Notes: generated by a model from the sequence alone, not told the origin. 64,000 nt of DNA from Candidatus Giovannonibacteria bacterium RIFCSPHIGHO2_01_FULL_45_24 (GCA_001778495.1 MFHE01000002.1:17995-81994), one strand, 5' to 3'; numbered from the stretch's first letter, positions 1 through 10,931 are shown. Made by a program: numbers and translations.

Positions 1-2
1 TG

Positions 3-1193
3 GTGCTTGACCCCAACAGCCCTGCTTACAAGATTGTGGGCGCCGGGCAGACGGGAGTTGAGCTTGTCAAGATTAAGTTCAGCGCTTCAAACGAAGACAT
101 TGACCTTAAACAGGTCGCTCTTCTAATCTCCAGCATCGCTACCAACACCCCGGTTGATTTGATAGGCAGGCAGGTAACCTTGTGGGACGGCAATCTCCAA
201 GTGGGAACGGCTGTCTTCCCGACGGACGACAATGCCACCTCCAGCGCGATTGGCACCGGCTCCTTCAGAATTCCCAGAGACGGAGCCAGAGTGCTCACCG
301 TCAAAGGCGACATTGCCGCAATCAGCGTATCCGGTCCTCGGACCGCTTCAGGCGATTTGCTCATTGTTGACTACGACGGAGCGAACGTCGGCCTCAACGG
401 CAACTACGGCACCGGAGTCGCTTCGGGCAGCACGATTAACGGCCCAACAGGAGTCAACGGCTCTTCGGCCGGGTCTTCGCAGGGAGTGAGAATTATGAAG
501 GCCTACCCGACAGTGGCTTACATAGCATTGCCGAGCACGGTTTTGCAGGCGGGAACGACTGCTAACCAAAAGCTGTATCGCTTTGCCGTAACTGCAAATA
601 ATGGCGACATCGCGCTTTACAAAGTGACCTTCCGCATCGGATCGTCCACCTTGTTCGCGACGACTTCGCTCTACAGCTTGTATGTTTACACCGACACGGG
701 CTTCAGCAACACCGACACAAACTTCTCGTCAACCGGTCTCATCAACGGCAGCCAATGTTTCAGCAATCGCGGAAGCACGGCAGCCGGGCCAAGAGATGTC
801 AGAATATATCCTGACAAGACCGGCTGCAACACCGCTACGACCACCTACATTATCTCCAGCGGCGTGGGCAACACCAGGTACTTTGAACTGCAGGCGACTG
901 TTGCCAATGTTGAATCCGGCACAACCAACACCGATTCAATCTCGGTTCAGCTGATGGGCGACACGGCTTACCCGACAGTGACCAATGTTCCTGCGGCGAA
1001 TGTCGCTATGGCTAACGCGGCCAGGATTGACAGCTACGACGGAACGGCGGGAGACGTCAACGACAACTTCATCTGGTCGCCGATTTCAACGACAACCAAC
1101 AACACCAGGTTTGACCAGGACTACACCAATAGTTACCAGGTTACGGGGTTGCCGGCATCAGGCGCTACGCAGGTGAACATGCAGTCGCAATAA
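3..1193 (+). CDS. C-terminal part of a large secreted/surface protein (5' end outside window)
   Basis: ORF is open from the window edge. Thr/Gly/Asn/Ser-rich, beta-rich composition like the surface proteins at 46.7-53.3 kb. A strong terminator follows. Confidence 0.5.
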   Translation: MLDPNSPAYKIVGAGQTGVELVKIKFSASNEDIDLKQVALLISSIATNTPVDLIGRQVTLWDGNLQVGTAVFPTDDNATSSAIGTGSFRIPRDGARVLTVKGDIAAISVSGPRTASGDLLIVDYDGANVGLNGNYGTGVASGSTINGPTGVNGSSAGSSQGVRIMKAYPTVAYIALPSTVLQAGTTANQKLYRFAVTANNGDIALYKVTFRIGSSTLFATTSLYSLYVYTDTGFSNTDTNFSSTGLINGSQCFSNRGSTAAGPRDVRIYPDKTGCNTATTTYIISSGVGNTRYFELQATVANVESGTTNTDSISVQLMGDTAYPTVTNVPAANVAMANAARIDSYDGTAGDVNDNFIWSPISTTTNNTRFDQDYTNSYQVTGLPASGATQVNMQSQ

Positions 1194-1217
1194 ATCCTAA
1201 TCTTGTGAGTTAGGTTC

Positions 1218-1242
1218 AAAAGCCCCCTTTACGGGGGTTTTT
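1218..1242 (+). terminator. Rho-independent terminator
   Basis: AAAAGCCCCC-tttac-GGGGGTTTTT hairpin plus T-tract, 25 nt after the stop codon. Confidence 0.8.
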
Positions 1243-1262
1243 GAATTGGGTATTATATCGTC

Positions 1263-1916
1263 ATGTCAAAGAGAAATATTGTAGTAGTCGCGGTTCTCGC
1301 GGCAGCCGCTCTAGGAACGGCAGGCTTTTTTATTTGGAGGAATATTAACTCGCCCGGGGGAATGCCTCGCTCCTCAACATCCGATGTTGAATCTCCAAAA
1401 ACATCGGATGTTTTCCCGCGAGACGTCAAAGAGAGCGATGAGCTTGAAACGTTAGCCAGGCAAGCTTTGGCCAGAAAAATCCCCTCCGGGAACGAGGCGG
1501 CGACAAAAGAATTAAAAGATATGTCTTTGCAGCTGGAGCGCGAGCCGAATTATCTTCAAGGATGGCTGCAGGTTGGGATTTTGCGCAAGTTTTTGGGCGA
1601 TTACGACGGCGCGTCTTTGGCTTGGCAGTACGCGTCTTTGATCCGCCCCCAAGAATATATCGCTTTTTCTAATCTCGGCGATCTTTACCATTATTACCTG
1701 AAGGATTTCCCCAAAGCCGAGAAATACCTGCGAAGGGCCGTGGATGTAAAACCGGATTATGTCGCCGGATACAAAAATTTATTTGACCTTTACACGCTCT
1801 CTTATAAGGAAAAGAAAAATTTAGCTGAATCTGTTTTGCTTGAAGGCATCAAAAAAAATCCAGGAGATAATTATCTGCAGGGGATTCTTACTTCTTATCG
1901 CGCGGGGGATCTTTAG
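1263..1916 (+). CDS. membrane-anchored TPR-repeat protein
   Basis: N-terminal TM helix (VVVAVLAAAALGTAGFFIW). C-terminal TPR-like repeats (GDYDGASLAWQYASLIRP, LGDLYHYYLKDFPKAEKYLRRAVDVKPDY). Confidence 0.7.
   Translation: MSKRNIVVVAVLAAAALGTAGFFIWRNINSPGGMPRSSTSDVESPKTSDVFPRDVKESDELETLARQALARKIPSGNEAATKELKDMSLQLEREPNYLQGWLQVGILRKFLGDYDGASLAWQYASLIRPQEYIAFSNLGDLYHYYLKDFPKAEKYLRRAVDVKPDYVAGYKNLFDLYTLSYKEKKNLAESVLLEGIKKNPGDNYLQGILTSYRAGDL
1371..1418 (+). repeat. 48-bp double-hairpin element, copy A, in frame in the TPR gene
   Basis: TCAACAT-CCG-ATGTTGA (1374-1390) plus AAAACAT-CGG-ATGTTTT (1398-1414). 46/48 nt identical to 53360-53407. Confidence 0.9.
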
Positions 1917-1918
1917 CT

Positions 1919-2782
1919 ATGCGCATTATTGATGCGAGAAAAATAAGCTACGCGTTTTCCGGGATATTGGTGCTGGCGAGCTTTTTGGCGGTGGCGGTTT
2001 GGGGGCTGAAGTTGGGGATAGATTTCACCGGCGGAACTTTGATGGAGGTGGAATACAAAACATCAAGGCCGGCTGTAAATTTGCCGGAAATTACAATACA
2101 GCCCGTTGGCGAGAGAGGGCTGATTTTGAGAATGCCGGCAATCGGCGAGCAGGAGCACCAGGCCCTGCTTGACGAGCTTAGAAGCTACGGCGATTTGGAC
2201 GAAAAACAATTTACTTCCATCGGGCCGACAATCGGGCAGGAATTAAAAAGAAATTCGCTTTACGCGATTATTCTGGTGATGCTGATGATCGCTCTCTACA
2301 TCGCCTGGGCTTTCCGCGAGGTTTCAAAGCCAATATCTTCCTGGAAATACGGCTTGGCCGCGCTCGTTGCTTTGGTGCACGATGTCTCCATCCCTATCGG
2401 CCTTTTTGCGGTTTTAGGGCGTTTTTACGGCGTCGCCGCGGATACGCTTTTTGTTACGGCGCTTTTAACTATTTTGGGTTTTTCCGTGCATGACACAATC
2501 GTGGTCTTTGACCGCATTAGGGAAAACTTAAAAAAGTCCGGAGCTAGGGAAGAATTTGAAAATATTGTTGAGCAAAGTTTGCGCCAAACAATCGGCCGCT
2601 CCATAAACACCTCGCTTACCGTGATGCTGGTGATGCTGGCGCTTTATTTTCTGGGAGGTGCCTCAACCAAACTTTTCGCGCTAGCCATACTCGTGGGCGT
2701 CTTTTTCGGAACGTATTCGTCAATTTTCATCGCCAGTTTCCTCTTGGTGAGCTGGCACAAGTGGGGTTTGAAACGCGCTTGA
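1919..2782 (+). CDS. secF: protein-export membrane protein SecF
   Basis: IDFTGGTLMEVEY motif, six TM segments, FSVHDTIVVFDRIRE motif typical of SecF. Confidence 0.85.
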   Translation: MRIIDARKISYAFSGILVLASFLAVAVWGLKLGIDFTGGTLMEVEYKTSRPAVNLPEITIQPVGERGLILRMPAIGEQEHQALLDELRSYGDLDEKQFTSIGPTIGQELKRNSLYAIILVMLMIALYIAWAFREVSKPISSWKYGLAALVALVHDVSIPIGLFAVLGRFYGVAADTLFVTALLTILGFSVHDTIVVFDRIRENLKKSGAREEFENIVEQSLRQTIGRSINTSLTVMLVMLALYFLGGASTKLFALAILVGVFFGTYSSIFIASFLLVSWHKWGLKRA

Positions 2783-2839
2783 ATAAAACCCCAAAATCAG
2801 CTAAGATTTAGGAGATTTATAAGAGCAAAAACTTAGTTT

Positions 2840-3460
2840 TTGAAAAATGACAAAACGATAATGAGATTCATTAATTTTTTAAAACAGTATCATAATCAAA
2901 TAATTTCTATAGCTGCGATAGGCGGTTTATTTTTTGGGGGATATCAGACATGGCAGTTTAGAGAAGATAAATACTTTCAGTACCGACCCTATGTGAATTT
3001 GGCAACAATCAATTTTTTATCATCGGATGGAATAGAAATAGAAATTAAAAATGATGGCTTGAGTACGGCTCAAGATATAATTTTGGGTTTATTTAGATTG
3101 GATAAAAGTGGGGAAAAGGAAGAAAGATTGACATATAGATTAACAAGTGGGGCGAATATGGAAGTGGTGGATGACGGAAAAGAATATGAGGTGACGATTA
3201 TAGGGTTAGTTGGAGATTTAAACCCAAATGCCATCAAAAAAATCAAAATTCAATTTTTAAGAGAGGAAGAAACAAGGACGATTAGAAACGAAAATTTTAT
3301 ATTAGTTATCAAAATTATATACGACGACTATTTACATAGAGGAAACGAGCATAATTATTATCTCCAATTTAATAGAGAGAATGAATCCTTTTATATTAGT
3401 GATGAATTTGAAGAAAGGGCTGGAAACGAAAGAACGCTGTTTATACATAAATTTTTATGA
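2840..3460 (+). CDS. hypothetical membrane-anchored protein (AT-rich orphan)
   Basis: Long ORF, visibly AT-richer than its flanks, with one N-terminal TM segment. No recognisable motif. Start uncertain (TTG 2840 or ATG 2861). Confidence 0.5.
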   Translation: MKNDKTIMRFINFLKQYHNQIISIAAIGGLFFGGYQTWQFREDKYFQYRPYVNLATINFLSSDGIEIEIKNDGLSTAQDIILGLFRLDKSGEKEERLTYRLTSGANMEVVDDGKEYEVTIIGLVGDLNPNAIKKIKIQFLREEETRTIRNENFILVIKIIYDDYLHRGNEHNYYLQFNRENESFYISDEFEERAGNERTLFIHKFL

Positions 3461-3684
3461 GTGTGTATTGAATAATCTAAAGACTACAACTTGAAAGTGC
3501 GCGTTTTAATCAATAAAAATTAAGTAAAATGCTAAACTAACTCATGACGCGGATTTTGATGATATTTATTTTTGGGTTCGCGGCGGGTAGAAAACAACTA
3601 AAAGAATTTTAGTTACTTTTGCTATCGCAAAAGTAATGCAAATCAATGATGGGGACACCTTTTCAGGAGAGGGTGAAGGCGGGC

Positions 3685-3761
3685 TTGACCCCGTTAGAGG
3701 TCGCGCCCGCGCTGCGCGCCCAAAGGGCCTCAAGGGCGGGCTACCTCTAACGGGGTTGACT
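3685..3761. repeat. long imperfect hairpin module TTGACCCCG...CGGGGTTGAC
   Basis: CCCCGTTAGAGGT (3689-3701) pairs with ACCTCTAACGGGG (3743-3755). Inner GCCCGC/GCGGGC adds pairing. Same terminal motifs as the GIY-YIG cassette at 30248-30571. Confidence 0.8.
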
Positions 3762-3784
3762 TATTTTTGGGGGTTTGCTAGAAT
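3756..3784 (+). promoter_or_regulatory. sigma70-type promoter of rpoBC
   Basis: TTGACT (3756-3761), 17-nt spacer, TAGAAT (3779-3784). The leader is about 165 nt and has hairpins at 3803-3817 and 3891-3919. Confidence 0.6.
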
Positions 3785-3954
3785 AGGCATTGTCTTATCC
3801 ACAGGCAAAATTTGCCTTATTTTATAAGAAACGCTAAAATAGCTCCTGTCGCTTTGAATACAAAAATCCGCACCTAAAGAGAATCTAAAAAGTCCTCGTT
3901 TTTAAGTTAAAAGAGGGCTGTTTTGCGTTTATTCGGGCTAATAAACAGAGCAAA

Positions 3955-6900
3955 ATGCCGATACAAAAAAAATACTTCTCCCGTTACCGGGAGCCGCTGG
4001 CCAATCTGCCCAATTTAGCTGAAATGCAGCTGAAGTCTTTTAACTGGCTGCTCAAAACGGGGATTCGCGAGATTTTGGACGAGTTTTCGCCGATTGTGGA
4101 TTACACCGGGGAGGAATTGGTCCTGGAATTTTTGGATTATTCTTTTGACGAGCCGAAGTACGACGAAAATTACGCCAGAGTAAACAACCTGTCTTTCGAA
4201 TCTTCTTTTAGAATCCGCATCCGGCTTACCAATAAACGCACGGGAGAAAAAAAAGAGCAGGAAATTTTTCTGGCCGACATGCCGATGATGACCCCACGCG
4301 GAACTTTTTTAATAAACGGCGTTGAGCGCGTGATTGTCTCGCAGTTGGCCAGGTCTTTCGGCGCTTACTTTACTCTGGTCAATGTTTTCAAAGGCAGAAA
4401 GCTTTTCGGCGCCAAAGTCATTCCTTCGCGCGGCGCCTGGCTGGAGTTTGAAACGGAAAGCGACGGGGCGATTTACGCTAAAGTTGACCGCAAAAGAAAA
4501 ATCGCCGCTACTGCCCTTATGCGAATTTTCGGGCTGGAGAAAAATGACGAGATAATAAACGCTTTTTCAGCGGTGGACAACGGAGAAGTTTCTTTCATCA
4601 AAAAAACTCTGGAAAAAGACCCGACTAAAACCGCCGACGACTCTTACGTGGAAATTTTCAAAAGAATCCGCCAGGGTGAGCTGGCAACTCCCGACAACGC
4701 CCGCGAGCTCATAGGCACCATGTTCGGGCCGGAGAGGTATGACCTGTCCGCCGTCGGCAGATACAAGCTCGGCCAGCGTTTGCTTTCTTTGGCCGGCGTT
4801 AAGGTCAAAAACCCGCGAATTTTAAACAAGGAAGATCTGGTAGCCATACTTTCGGAGGTGATTTCTTTAAATAATAACCCATTGTCCCTGCCGGACGACA
4901 TTGATAACCTTGGCAACCGCCGCGTGCGCTCGGTTGGCGAGATGCTCCAGCAAAGATTGCGAATCGGGCTCGCGCGCATGGAGCGGACGATAAAAGACCG
5001 CATGTCCACCTCCGACCTTGCCACGATTACTCCCGCCCAGCTTTTAAACGCCCGGCCGTTCGCCGCCGTTATCTCCGAATTTTTTATGACCAACCAGCTT
5101 TCCCAATTTATGGACCAAACAAATATTCTTTCCGAGCTTGAGCACAAGCGCAGGGTTTCGGCCTTGGGCCCCGGGGGGCTCACGCGCGAGCGCTCCGGCT
5201 TTGAAGTTCGGGATGTCCACCCCTCTTATTACGGGCGGCTCTGCCCGATTATGACCCCCGAGGGGCCGAATATCGGGCTTATCAACTATCTTGCGGGATA
5301 CGCGCTGGTAAACGATTTCGGCATTTTGGAGACTCCTTACAGAAAAGTCATAAACGGCAAGGTGACGAATGAAATCAATTACCTCACGGCTTTTGAAGAA
5401 GCCCGGCATAAAATTGCCCAAGCCGGAGTCGCCATAGACACGGAAGGGAATATTTTGGACGAAGAAACAGAGGGTCGCTCCAATGGCCAGCCGGCGCTGA
5501 TAGCGAAATCGGAGATTGACTACATAGACGTTTCTCCCCAGCAAGCGTTTTCTATAGCCACTTCCTTGGTGCCGTTTTTGGAGCACGACGATTCAACCCG
5601 CGCCATGATGGGTTCAAACATGCAGCGCCAGGCCGTGCCCTGCGTGCGCCCCCAGGCGCCATTGGTCGCCACCGGCATGGAAGAAAAAGCCGCCCGGGAT
5701 TCCGGCCGGCTGATAATATCGGATATGGACGGCGCGGTAAGCGCCGTTGACGCGAAGTCTGTCACGGTGAAATTCGGCCGCAAAGAAAAAACATATGAAT
5801 TGGTGAATTTTGTCCGCTCTAACCAGTCAACAGTCATACACCAGCGCCCCTCTGTGAAGTTGGGCGACAAAATAAAAAAAGGCGACGTGCTTGCCGATAC
5901 TTCGCTTACCGACCGCGGACATTTGGCGCTAGGCCAAAATCTCCTCGTGGCTTTTCTTTCCTGGGGCGGGGCGAATTTTGAGGATGCGATTATTCTTTCC
6001 GACCGTTTGGTAAAAAATGACACCTTTACCTCTGTTTTGGCGGAGGACTACACGGTGGATGTCCGGGACACGAAGCTCGGGTCCGAGATCACTACGCACG
6101 ACATCCCCAACGTCGGCGAGGAGAAACTCAAAGATTTGGACGAAGACGGCATCATCTGCGTCGGCGCGGAAGTAAGAGCCGGCGACATACTTGTGGGGAA
6201 AATTTCCCCGAAAGGCGAATCCGACCTTACGCCCGAGGAGCGGCTTCTGCGCGCGATTTTCGGGGAAAAAGCAAGAGACGTAAAAGACACTTCTTTCCGC
6301 CTCCAGCACGGCAGGCACGGCCGCGTGGTCGGCATTAAAGTTTTCTCAAGGGAAAAAGGCGACAAATTAGAAACCGGAGTAATCAAAGAAATCCGCGTGG
6401 AGGTGGCGGAGATGCGGAAGGTTTCTCCCGGCGACAAGCTCGCCGGCCGCCATGGCAACAAAGGCGTGATTTCCCGCATTCTTCCGCAAGAAGATATGCC
6501 TTACCTCGCGGACGGCACTCCGGTTGACGTTATTTTAAATCCTTTGGGCGTCGCCTCGCGCATGAACATAGGCCAGATTTTGGAAACCCATCTGGGATGG
6601 GCGGCGGAGAAGCAGGGCTATATGGCAATAACGCCAACTCTGCTCGGAGCGACGGAGACCGAAATCAAATCGGAGCTTAAAAAAGCAGGCCTTCCCGAAG
6701 ACGGCAAGGTCCGGCTTTTTGACGGCCGCACCGGGAAAGAATTTGACCAGAAAGTCACTGTCGGAATGGTTTATTTAATGAAGCTCTCGCACATGGTAGA
6801 AGACAAGCTCCACATGCGCTCAATCGGGCCGTATTCTTTGATAACCCAGCAGCCGCTTGGAGGAAAAGCGCAGGGCGGAGGGCAAAGATTCGGCGAAATG

Positions 6901-7233
6901 GAAGTCTGGGCCTTGGAAGGATACGGCGCCGCGCACACTCTGCAGGAGATGCTGACTATAAAATCGGACGACGTTTTGGGCCGCGCGTCCGCTTACGACG
7001 CGATCGTGCGGGGCGAGCCGTTCCGCACTCCGAACGTGCCGGCATCCTTCCATGTTTTAGTGAACGAGCTTAAGGGGCTGGCGCTGGACGTTGAGCTTAG
7101 GGGGGTGAAGGAAGCGCCCGAAGATTCTGAAGAGTATGCCGAAAAAGCGCAGAAAAGCAAAGGGCGGCAAAAAGAGCGCTTTGAAGAATATATTTTAGAA
7201 GAGGAGGAAAAAACATGGAGTCGCAAAAAATAG
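3955..7233 (+). CDS. rpoB: DNA-directed RNA polymerase subunit beta
   Basis: Full-length RpoB motifs (MMTPRGTFLINGVERVIVSQL, GRHGNKGVISRI, GGQRFGEMEVWALEGYGAA). Confidence 0.98.
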   Translation: MPIQKKYFSRYREPLANLPNLAEMQLKSFNWLLKTGIREILDEFSPIVDYTGEELVLEFLDYSFDEPKYDENYARVNNLSFESSFRIRIRLTNKRTGEKKEQEIFLADMPMMTPRGTFLINGVERVIVSQLARSFGAYFTLVNVFKGRKLFGAKVIPSRGAWLEFETESDGAIYAKVDRKRKIAATALMRIFGLEKNDEIINAFSAVDNGEVSFIKKTLEKDPTKTADDSYVEIFKRIRQGELATPDNARELIGTMFGPERYDLSAVGRYKLGQRLLSLAGVKVKNPRILNKEDLVAILSEVISLNNNPLSLPDDIDNLGNRRVRSVGEMLQQRLRIGLARMERTIKDRMSTSDLATITPAQLLNARPFAAVISEFFMTNQLSQFMDQTNILSELEHKRRVSALGPGGLTRERSGFEVRDVHPSYYGRLCPIMTPEGPNIGLINYLAGYALVNDFGILETPYRKVINGKVTNEINYLTAFEEARHKIAQAGVAIDTEGNILDEETEGRSNGQPALIAKSEIDYIDVSPQQAFSIATSLVPFLEHDDSTRAMMGSNMQRQAVPCVRPQAPLVATGMEEKAARDSGRLIISDMDGAVSAVDAKSVTVKFGRKEKTYELVNFVRSNQSTVIHQRPSVKLGDKIKKGDVLADTSLTDRGHLALGQNLLVAFLSWGGANFEDAIILSDRLVKNDTFTSVLAEDYTVDVRDTKLGSEITTHDIPNVGEEKLKDLDEDGIICVGAEVRAGDILVGKISPKGESDLTPEERLLRAIFGEKARDVKDTSFRLQHGRHGRVVGIKVFSREKGDKLETGVIKEIRVEVAEMRKVSPGDKLAGRHGNKGVISRILPQEDMPYLADGTPVDVILNPLGVASRMNIGQILETHLGWAAEKQGYMAITPTLLGATETEIKSELKKAGLPEDGKVRLFDGRTGKEFDQKVTVGMVYLMKLSHMVEDKLHMRSIGPYSLITQQPLGGKAQGGGQRFGEMEVWALEGYGAAHTLQEMLTIKSDDVLGRASAYDAIVRGEPFRTPNVPASFHVLVNELKGLALDVELRGVKEAPEDSEEYAEKAQKSKGRQKERFEEYILEEEEKTWSRKK

Positions 7234-10200
7234 CAGATTTTAAATCGTTGGTTATCCGCCTCGCTCCGCGCGAGAAGGTTTTAGCATGGTCTAGGGGGGA
7301 GATTACGAAGCCGGAAACCATTAATTATAGAACGCAGCGCCCGGAAAAAGACGGCCTCTTTGACGAGCGCATCTTCGGCCCGGAAAAAGATTACGAATGC
7401 TATTGCGGTAAGTACAAGCGCGTCCGGTACAAAGGCATCATCTGCGACAAATGCGGAGTGGAGGTGACCAGGTCAATCGTCCGCAGGGAAAGAATGGGGC
7501 ACATTGAACTTGCTTCCCCAGTTTCGCACATATGGTTTTTAAGGGGAGTGCCTTCAAGAATCGGCTTGGTTTTGGATATGTCCGTGCCGGATTTGGAAAA
7601 AGTAATTTATTTCGGAGGGTACATTATCACTAAAGTTGACGAAAGGTCGCGGAAAGAAGTTTTGGCCGCGGTTGAGAAAGAGTTTAAATCCAAGTTGAAA
7701 TCCGCCGCCCCGGCCGAAGCGGAAGCGCTGAAATCCGTTTACGACACCACACTCGGCGAAATCAAGGGGCTCTGTGAGAAGGCGGTTATCTCAGAGGTGG
7801 AATATCACCGCTTCAGCTTAAAGTACGCGCATATTTTTGAGGCGGGCATCGGCTCGGAAGCATTGAGAAAACTTGCGTCCGAAATTAATTTAAATCAGCT
7901 TGTTTCCCGGCTTTCCGCGGAATCAGAGAGCGCCTCGCCTCTTCAGAAAAAAAAGATTTTGCGGAGATTGCGTCTTATGCAGTCCATGTTGAGGTCCGGC
8001 GTCCGGCCGGAATGGATGTTTCTTACTGTGATACCAGTAATCCCGCCTGCTTTGCGCCCGATGGTGCAGTTGGAGGGCGGCAGGCATGCGACTTCTGACA
8101 TCAACGACCTTTACCGCCGCGTGATAAACAGAAATAATCGCCTAAAAAAACTTTTGGAGATAAAAGCGCCGGAAGTGATTGTCCGCAACGAAAAAAGAAT
8201 GCTTCAGGAATCTGTTGACGCTTTGATTGACAATTCCATCAAGCGCACGCAGGGTCCCGCGGCCACCTCGCAAGCCCAAAAAAGGCCGTTGCGCTCTTTG
8301 GCGGACATGTTGAAGGGCAAGCAGGGAAGGTTCAGGCAGAATCTTTTGGGCAAGCGCGTGGACTACTCCGGCAGATCGGTCATAGTGGTAGGGCCGGAGT
8401 TAAAGCTTCACCAATGCGGCCTTCCGAAACACATGGCGCTTGAGCTTTTCAGGCCGTTTGTCATACACGATTTGATAAACCGCGGCTTGGCGCACACGAT
8501 AAAAGGCGCGGGGCGGCTCATTGACGATCTCAAAGCGGAGATATGGGAGAGTTTGGAAAACGTCATTAAAGACAAATACGTGCTTTTAAACCGCGCGCCG
8601 ACCCTGCACCGCTTGGGCATACAGGCGTTCCAGCCAATACTTATTGAGGGCAGCGCCATACAGCTCCATCCTTTGGTTTGCGAAGCTTTTAACGCGGATT
8701 TTGACGGCGACCAGATGGCCGTGCACGTTCCACTGACGGATGAAGCGCAAAAAGAGGCGCGCGACATCATAGCATCCGTCAGAAATCTGCTCAAGCCCGG
8801 CAACGGCGAACCGGTGGCGACTCCGAGGCAGGACATAGTAATGGGCATCGCGTATCTCACCAGAATCAGGCCGGGCGCCAAGGGCGAGGGCAAATATTTC
8901 GCTTCGCCAAACGAGGCAATCTTGGCGCATGATTTTGAATGGGTGGACATCCACGCGAAAATCTTTGTTAAGATTACCAAAACGCCGAAATACCAGAGCG
9001 CCGGCAAGGAGATACTGGAAACTTCCGTCGGGAGATTGCTTTTCAACAGCGTCCTGCCAAGGGATTTTGCGTTTTTGAACCAGGAGATGAAAAAGAAAGA
9101 TTTGGACCGGCTGGTTTCTAATCTGATACAAAGATACGGAATTGACGAGACGCCCGGCATTTTAGACCGCATCAAATCCTTGGGCTTTAAGCACTCCACG
9201 GAATCCGGCATCAGCTGGGGGATGGATGACATACAAGTGCCTCAAGAAAAGCAGGCGTTTATTAAAAGAGCAAAAGAAGAAGCGCGCGTTATAGAAAAAC
9301 AATACGACCAGGGGCTGCTCACCGACCGCGAGCGCTACGAAAAAATAATAGAGGTTTGGACAAACGTTAAAACGGAAGTGGACAAGCTCGCCCAGGGCGC
9401 TATGGATCCTTTTGGCCCCGTTCAATACATGGTTTCTTCCGGTGCGAGAGGCAACTGGGCGCAGATAAACCAGCTGGCTTCAATGAAGGGCTTGGTGGTT
9501 AATCCTTCCGGGCGCACAATTGAGCTCCCAATACTCGCGAGCTTTAAAGAGGGGCTGGCGGTTTTGGAGTATTTCATATCCACCCACGCTTCCAGAAAAG
9601 GCACTGCAGATACGGCGCTTAAAACCGCAGCGGCGGGATATCTAACGCGCCGCTTGGTGGATGTTGTGCAGGACATCATAATAAGCGAGCCGGATTGCAA
9701 AGACGAAGTTGGTTTTGAGGTTAGAAGGGTTGATTACGAGCGGCTTGGCAAAGGATTTGCGACGCGCGTGTTCGGCAGGGTTTTGGCGGCAGATATCGCC
9801 GACCCGGAGTCCAAAAAGCCGCTATTTAAGCGCGGGCATCTGCTTACCATGGCCGACGCCGAGAAAATCGGCTCTTTGGAAATTCCGAGCGTGCTTTTGC
9901 GGTCTCCAATTTCGTGCCGAGCCGTGCGCGGCATCTGCCAGCTTTGCTACGGATACGATCTTGGCTCCAACGCCCCGGTTAAGCTTGGGGAAGCCGTAGG
10001 GATAGTCGCCGCGCAGGCCATCGGTGAGCCGGGCACGCAGCTGACAATGAGGACTTTCCATGTGGGAGGCATAGCCGGAGCGGCGGACATCACTATGGGT
10101 CTTCCGAGAGTGGAGGAAATCTTTGAGCTCCGCATGCCCCGGTCGCTGGCGATTATTTCCAACGTGTCCGGCACGGCGCTTTCGGTTGCGGACGCGGGAG

Positions 10201-10856
10201 ATACCAATGGCGGCGGCAGGGATAAAATAGTAAAAATTTTGGGAGATGCCGGAGGAGAATTTGAATTCATCGTTCCGTTCGGCAAGACGATACTTGTTTC
10301 CCCGGGCGAAAAAGTTGAACAGGGTTCGCGCATCACGGAGGGCTCCGTTGACATCAAAGAACTTTTGAGCGTGGCGGGCGCGAAAGCTGCGCAAAACTAT
10401 ATTTTGTCGGAAATCCAGCAGCTCTACACTTTTCAAGGCGCCTCAATAAACGATAAGCACATTGAGGCCATAGTCAGGCAGATGTTTTCCCGTGTAAGAG
10501 TCAAAGAGCCGGGGTCAACAAAACTTGCCGTCGGGGAAATTATTGAAAAATCAAAACTTCGCGAAGAAAACATGAAAGCCAGAAAAGAAAGCGGTGCCGG
10601 AGCCCTGCCGGCGAAAGCCGTGCAGCTTATGATGGGCATAACCAACGTGGCGCTGACCACCGAGAGCTTCCTTTCGGCCGCTTCATTTATGCAGACAATG
10701 CGCGTTTTGACCAACGCTTCCATTGAGGGCAAGGAAGACAAGCTACGCGGGCTTAAGGAAAACGTAATCATTGGCCGGCTCATCCCAGCCGGCACTGGCT
10801 ACCGAAAAGAATATCTCAAAAAACTGGAAGCTGCGGCGAAAGAAGAGGAGGAATAA
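7215..10856 (+). CDS. rpoC: DNA-directed RNA polymerase subunit beta'
   Basis: Zn finger [23 protein letters not shown] and catalytic [20 protein letters not shown] Shine-Dalgarno upstream. Overlaps rpoB by 19 nt. Confidence 0.98.
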   Translation: MESQKIADFKSLVIRLAPREKVLAWSRGEITKPETINYRTQRPEKDGLFDERIFGPEKDYECYCGKYKRVRYKGIICDKCGVEVTRSIVRRERMGHIELASPVSHIWFLRGVPSRIGLVLDMSVPDLEKVIYFGGYIITKVDERSRKEVLAAVEKEFKSKLKSAAPAEAEALKSVYDTTLGEIKGLCEKAVISEVEYHRFSLKYAHIFEAGIGSEALRKLASEINLNQLVSRLSAESESASPLQKKKILRRLRLMQSMLRSGVRPEWMFLTVIPVIPPALRPMVQLEGGRHATSDINDLYRRVINRNNRLKKLLEIKAPEVIVRNEKRMLQESVDALIDNSIKRTQGPAATSQAQKRPLRSLADMLKGKQGRFRQNLLGKRVDYSGRSVIVVGPELKLHQCGLPKHMALELFRPFVIHDLINRGLAHTIKGAGRLIDDLKAEIWESLENVIKDKYVLLNRAPTLHRLGIQAFQPILIEGSAIQLHPLVCEAFNADFDGDQMAVHVPLTDEAQKEARDIIASVRNLLKPGNGEPVATPRQDIVMGIAYLTRIRPGAKGEGKYFASPNEAILAHDFEWVDIHAKIFVKITKTPKYQSAGKEILETSVGRLLFNSVLPRDFAFLNQEMKKKDLDRLVSNLIQRYGIDETPGILDRIKSLGFKHSTESGISWGMDDIQVPQEKQAFIKRAKEEARVIEKQYDQGLLTDRERYEKIIEVWTNVKTEVDKLAQGAMDPFGPVQYMVSSGARGNWAQINQLASMKGLVVNPSGRTIELPILASFKEGLAVLEYFISTHASRKGTADTALKTAAAGYLTRRLVDVVQDIIISEPDCKDEVGFEVRRVDYERLGKGFATRVFGRVLAADIADPESKKPLFKRGHLLTMADAEKIGSLEIPSVLLRSPISCRAVRGICQLCYGYDLGSNAPVKLGEAVGIVAAQAIGEPGTQLTMRTFHVGGIAGAADITMGLPRVEEIFELRMPRSLAIISNVSGTALSVADAGDTNGGGRDKIVKILGDAGGEFEFIVPFGKTILVSPGEKVEQGSRITEGSVDIKELLSVAGAKAAQNYILSEIQQLYTFQGASINDKHIEAIVRQMFSRVRVKEPGSTKLAVGEIIEKSKLREENMKARKESGAGALPAKAVQLMMGITNVALTTESFLSAASFMQTMRVLTNASIEGKEDKLRGLKENVIIGRLIPAGTGYRKEYLKKLEAAAKEEEE

Positions 10857-10931
10857 TTTGGGCTTGACTTACCATCAATGCCAAATTTTGCCACAATTGC
10901 GGAGAGAAATGCGAGATAAAGAGCTTTATTT

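Noticed and set aside
3636-3827. 63-aa ORF in the rpoB upstream region
   Set aside because: It reads straight through the long hairpin and the predicted promoter. The Gly/Arg/Pro-rich translation reflects the palindrome.
8408-9232. 274-aa and other antisense ORFs inside rpoB/rpoC
   Set aside because: They lie fully within genes carrying unambiguous RNAP motifs. There is no independent signal.
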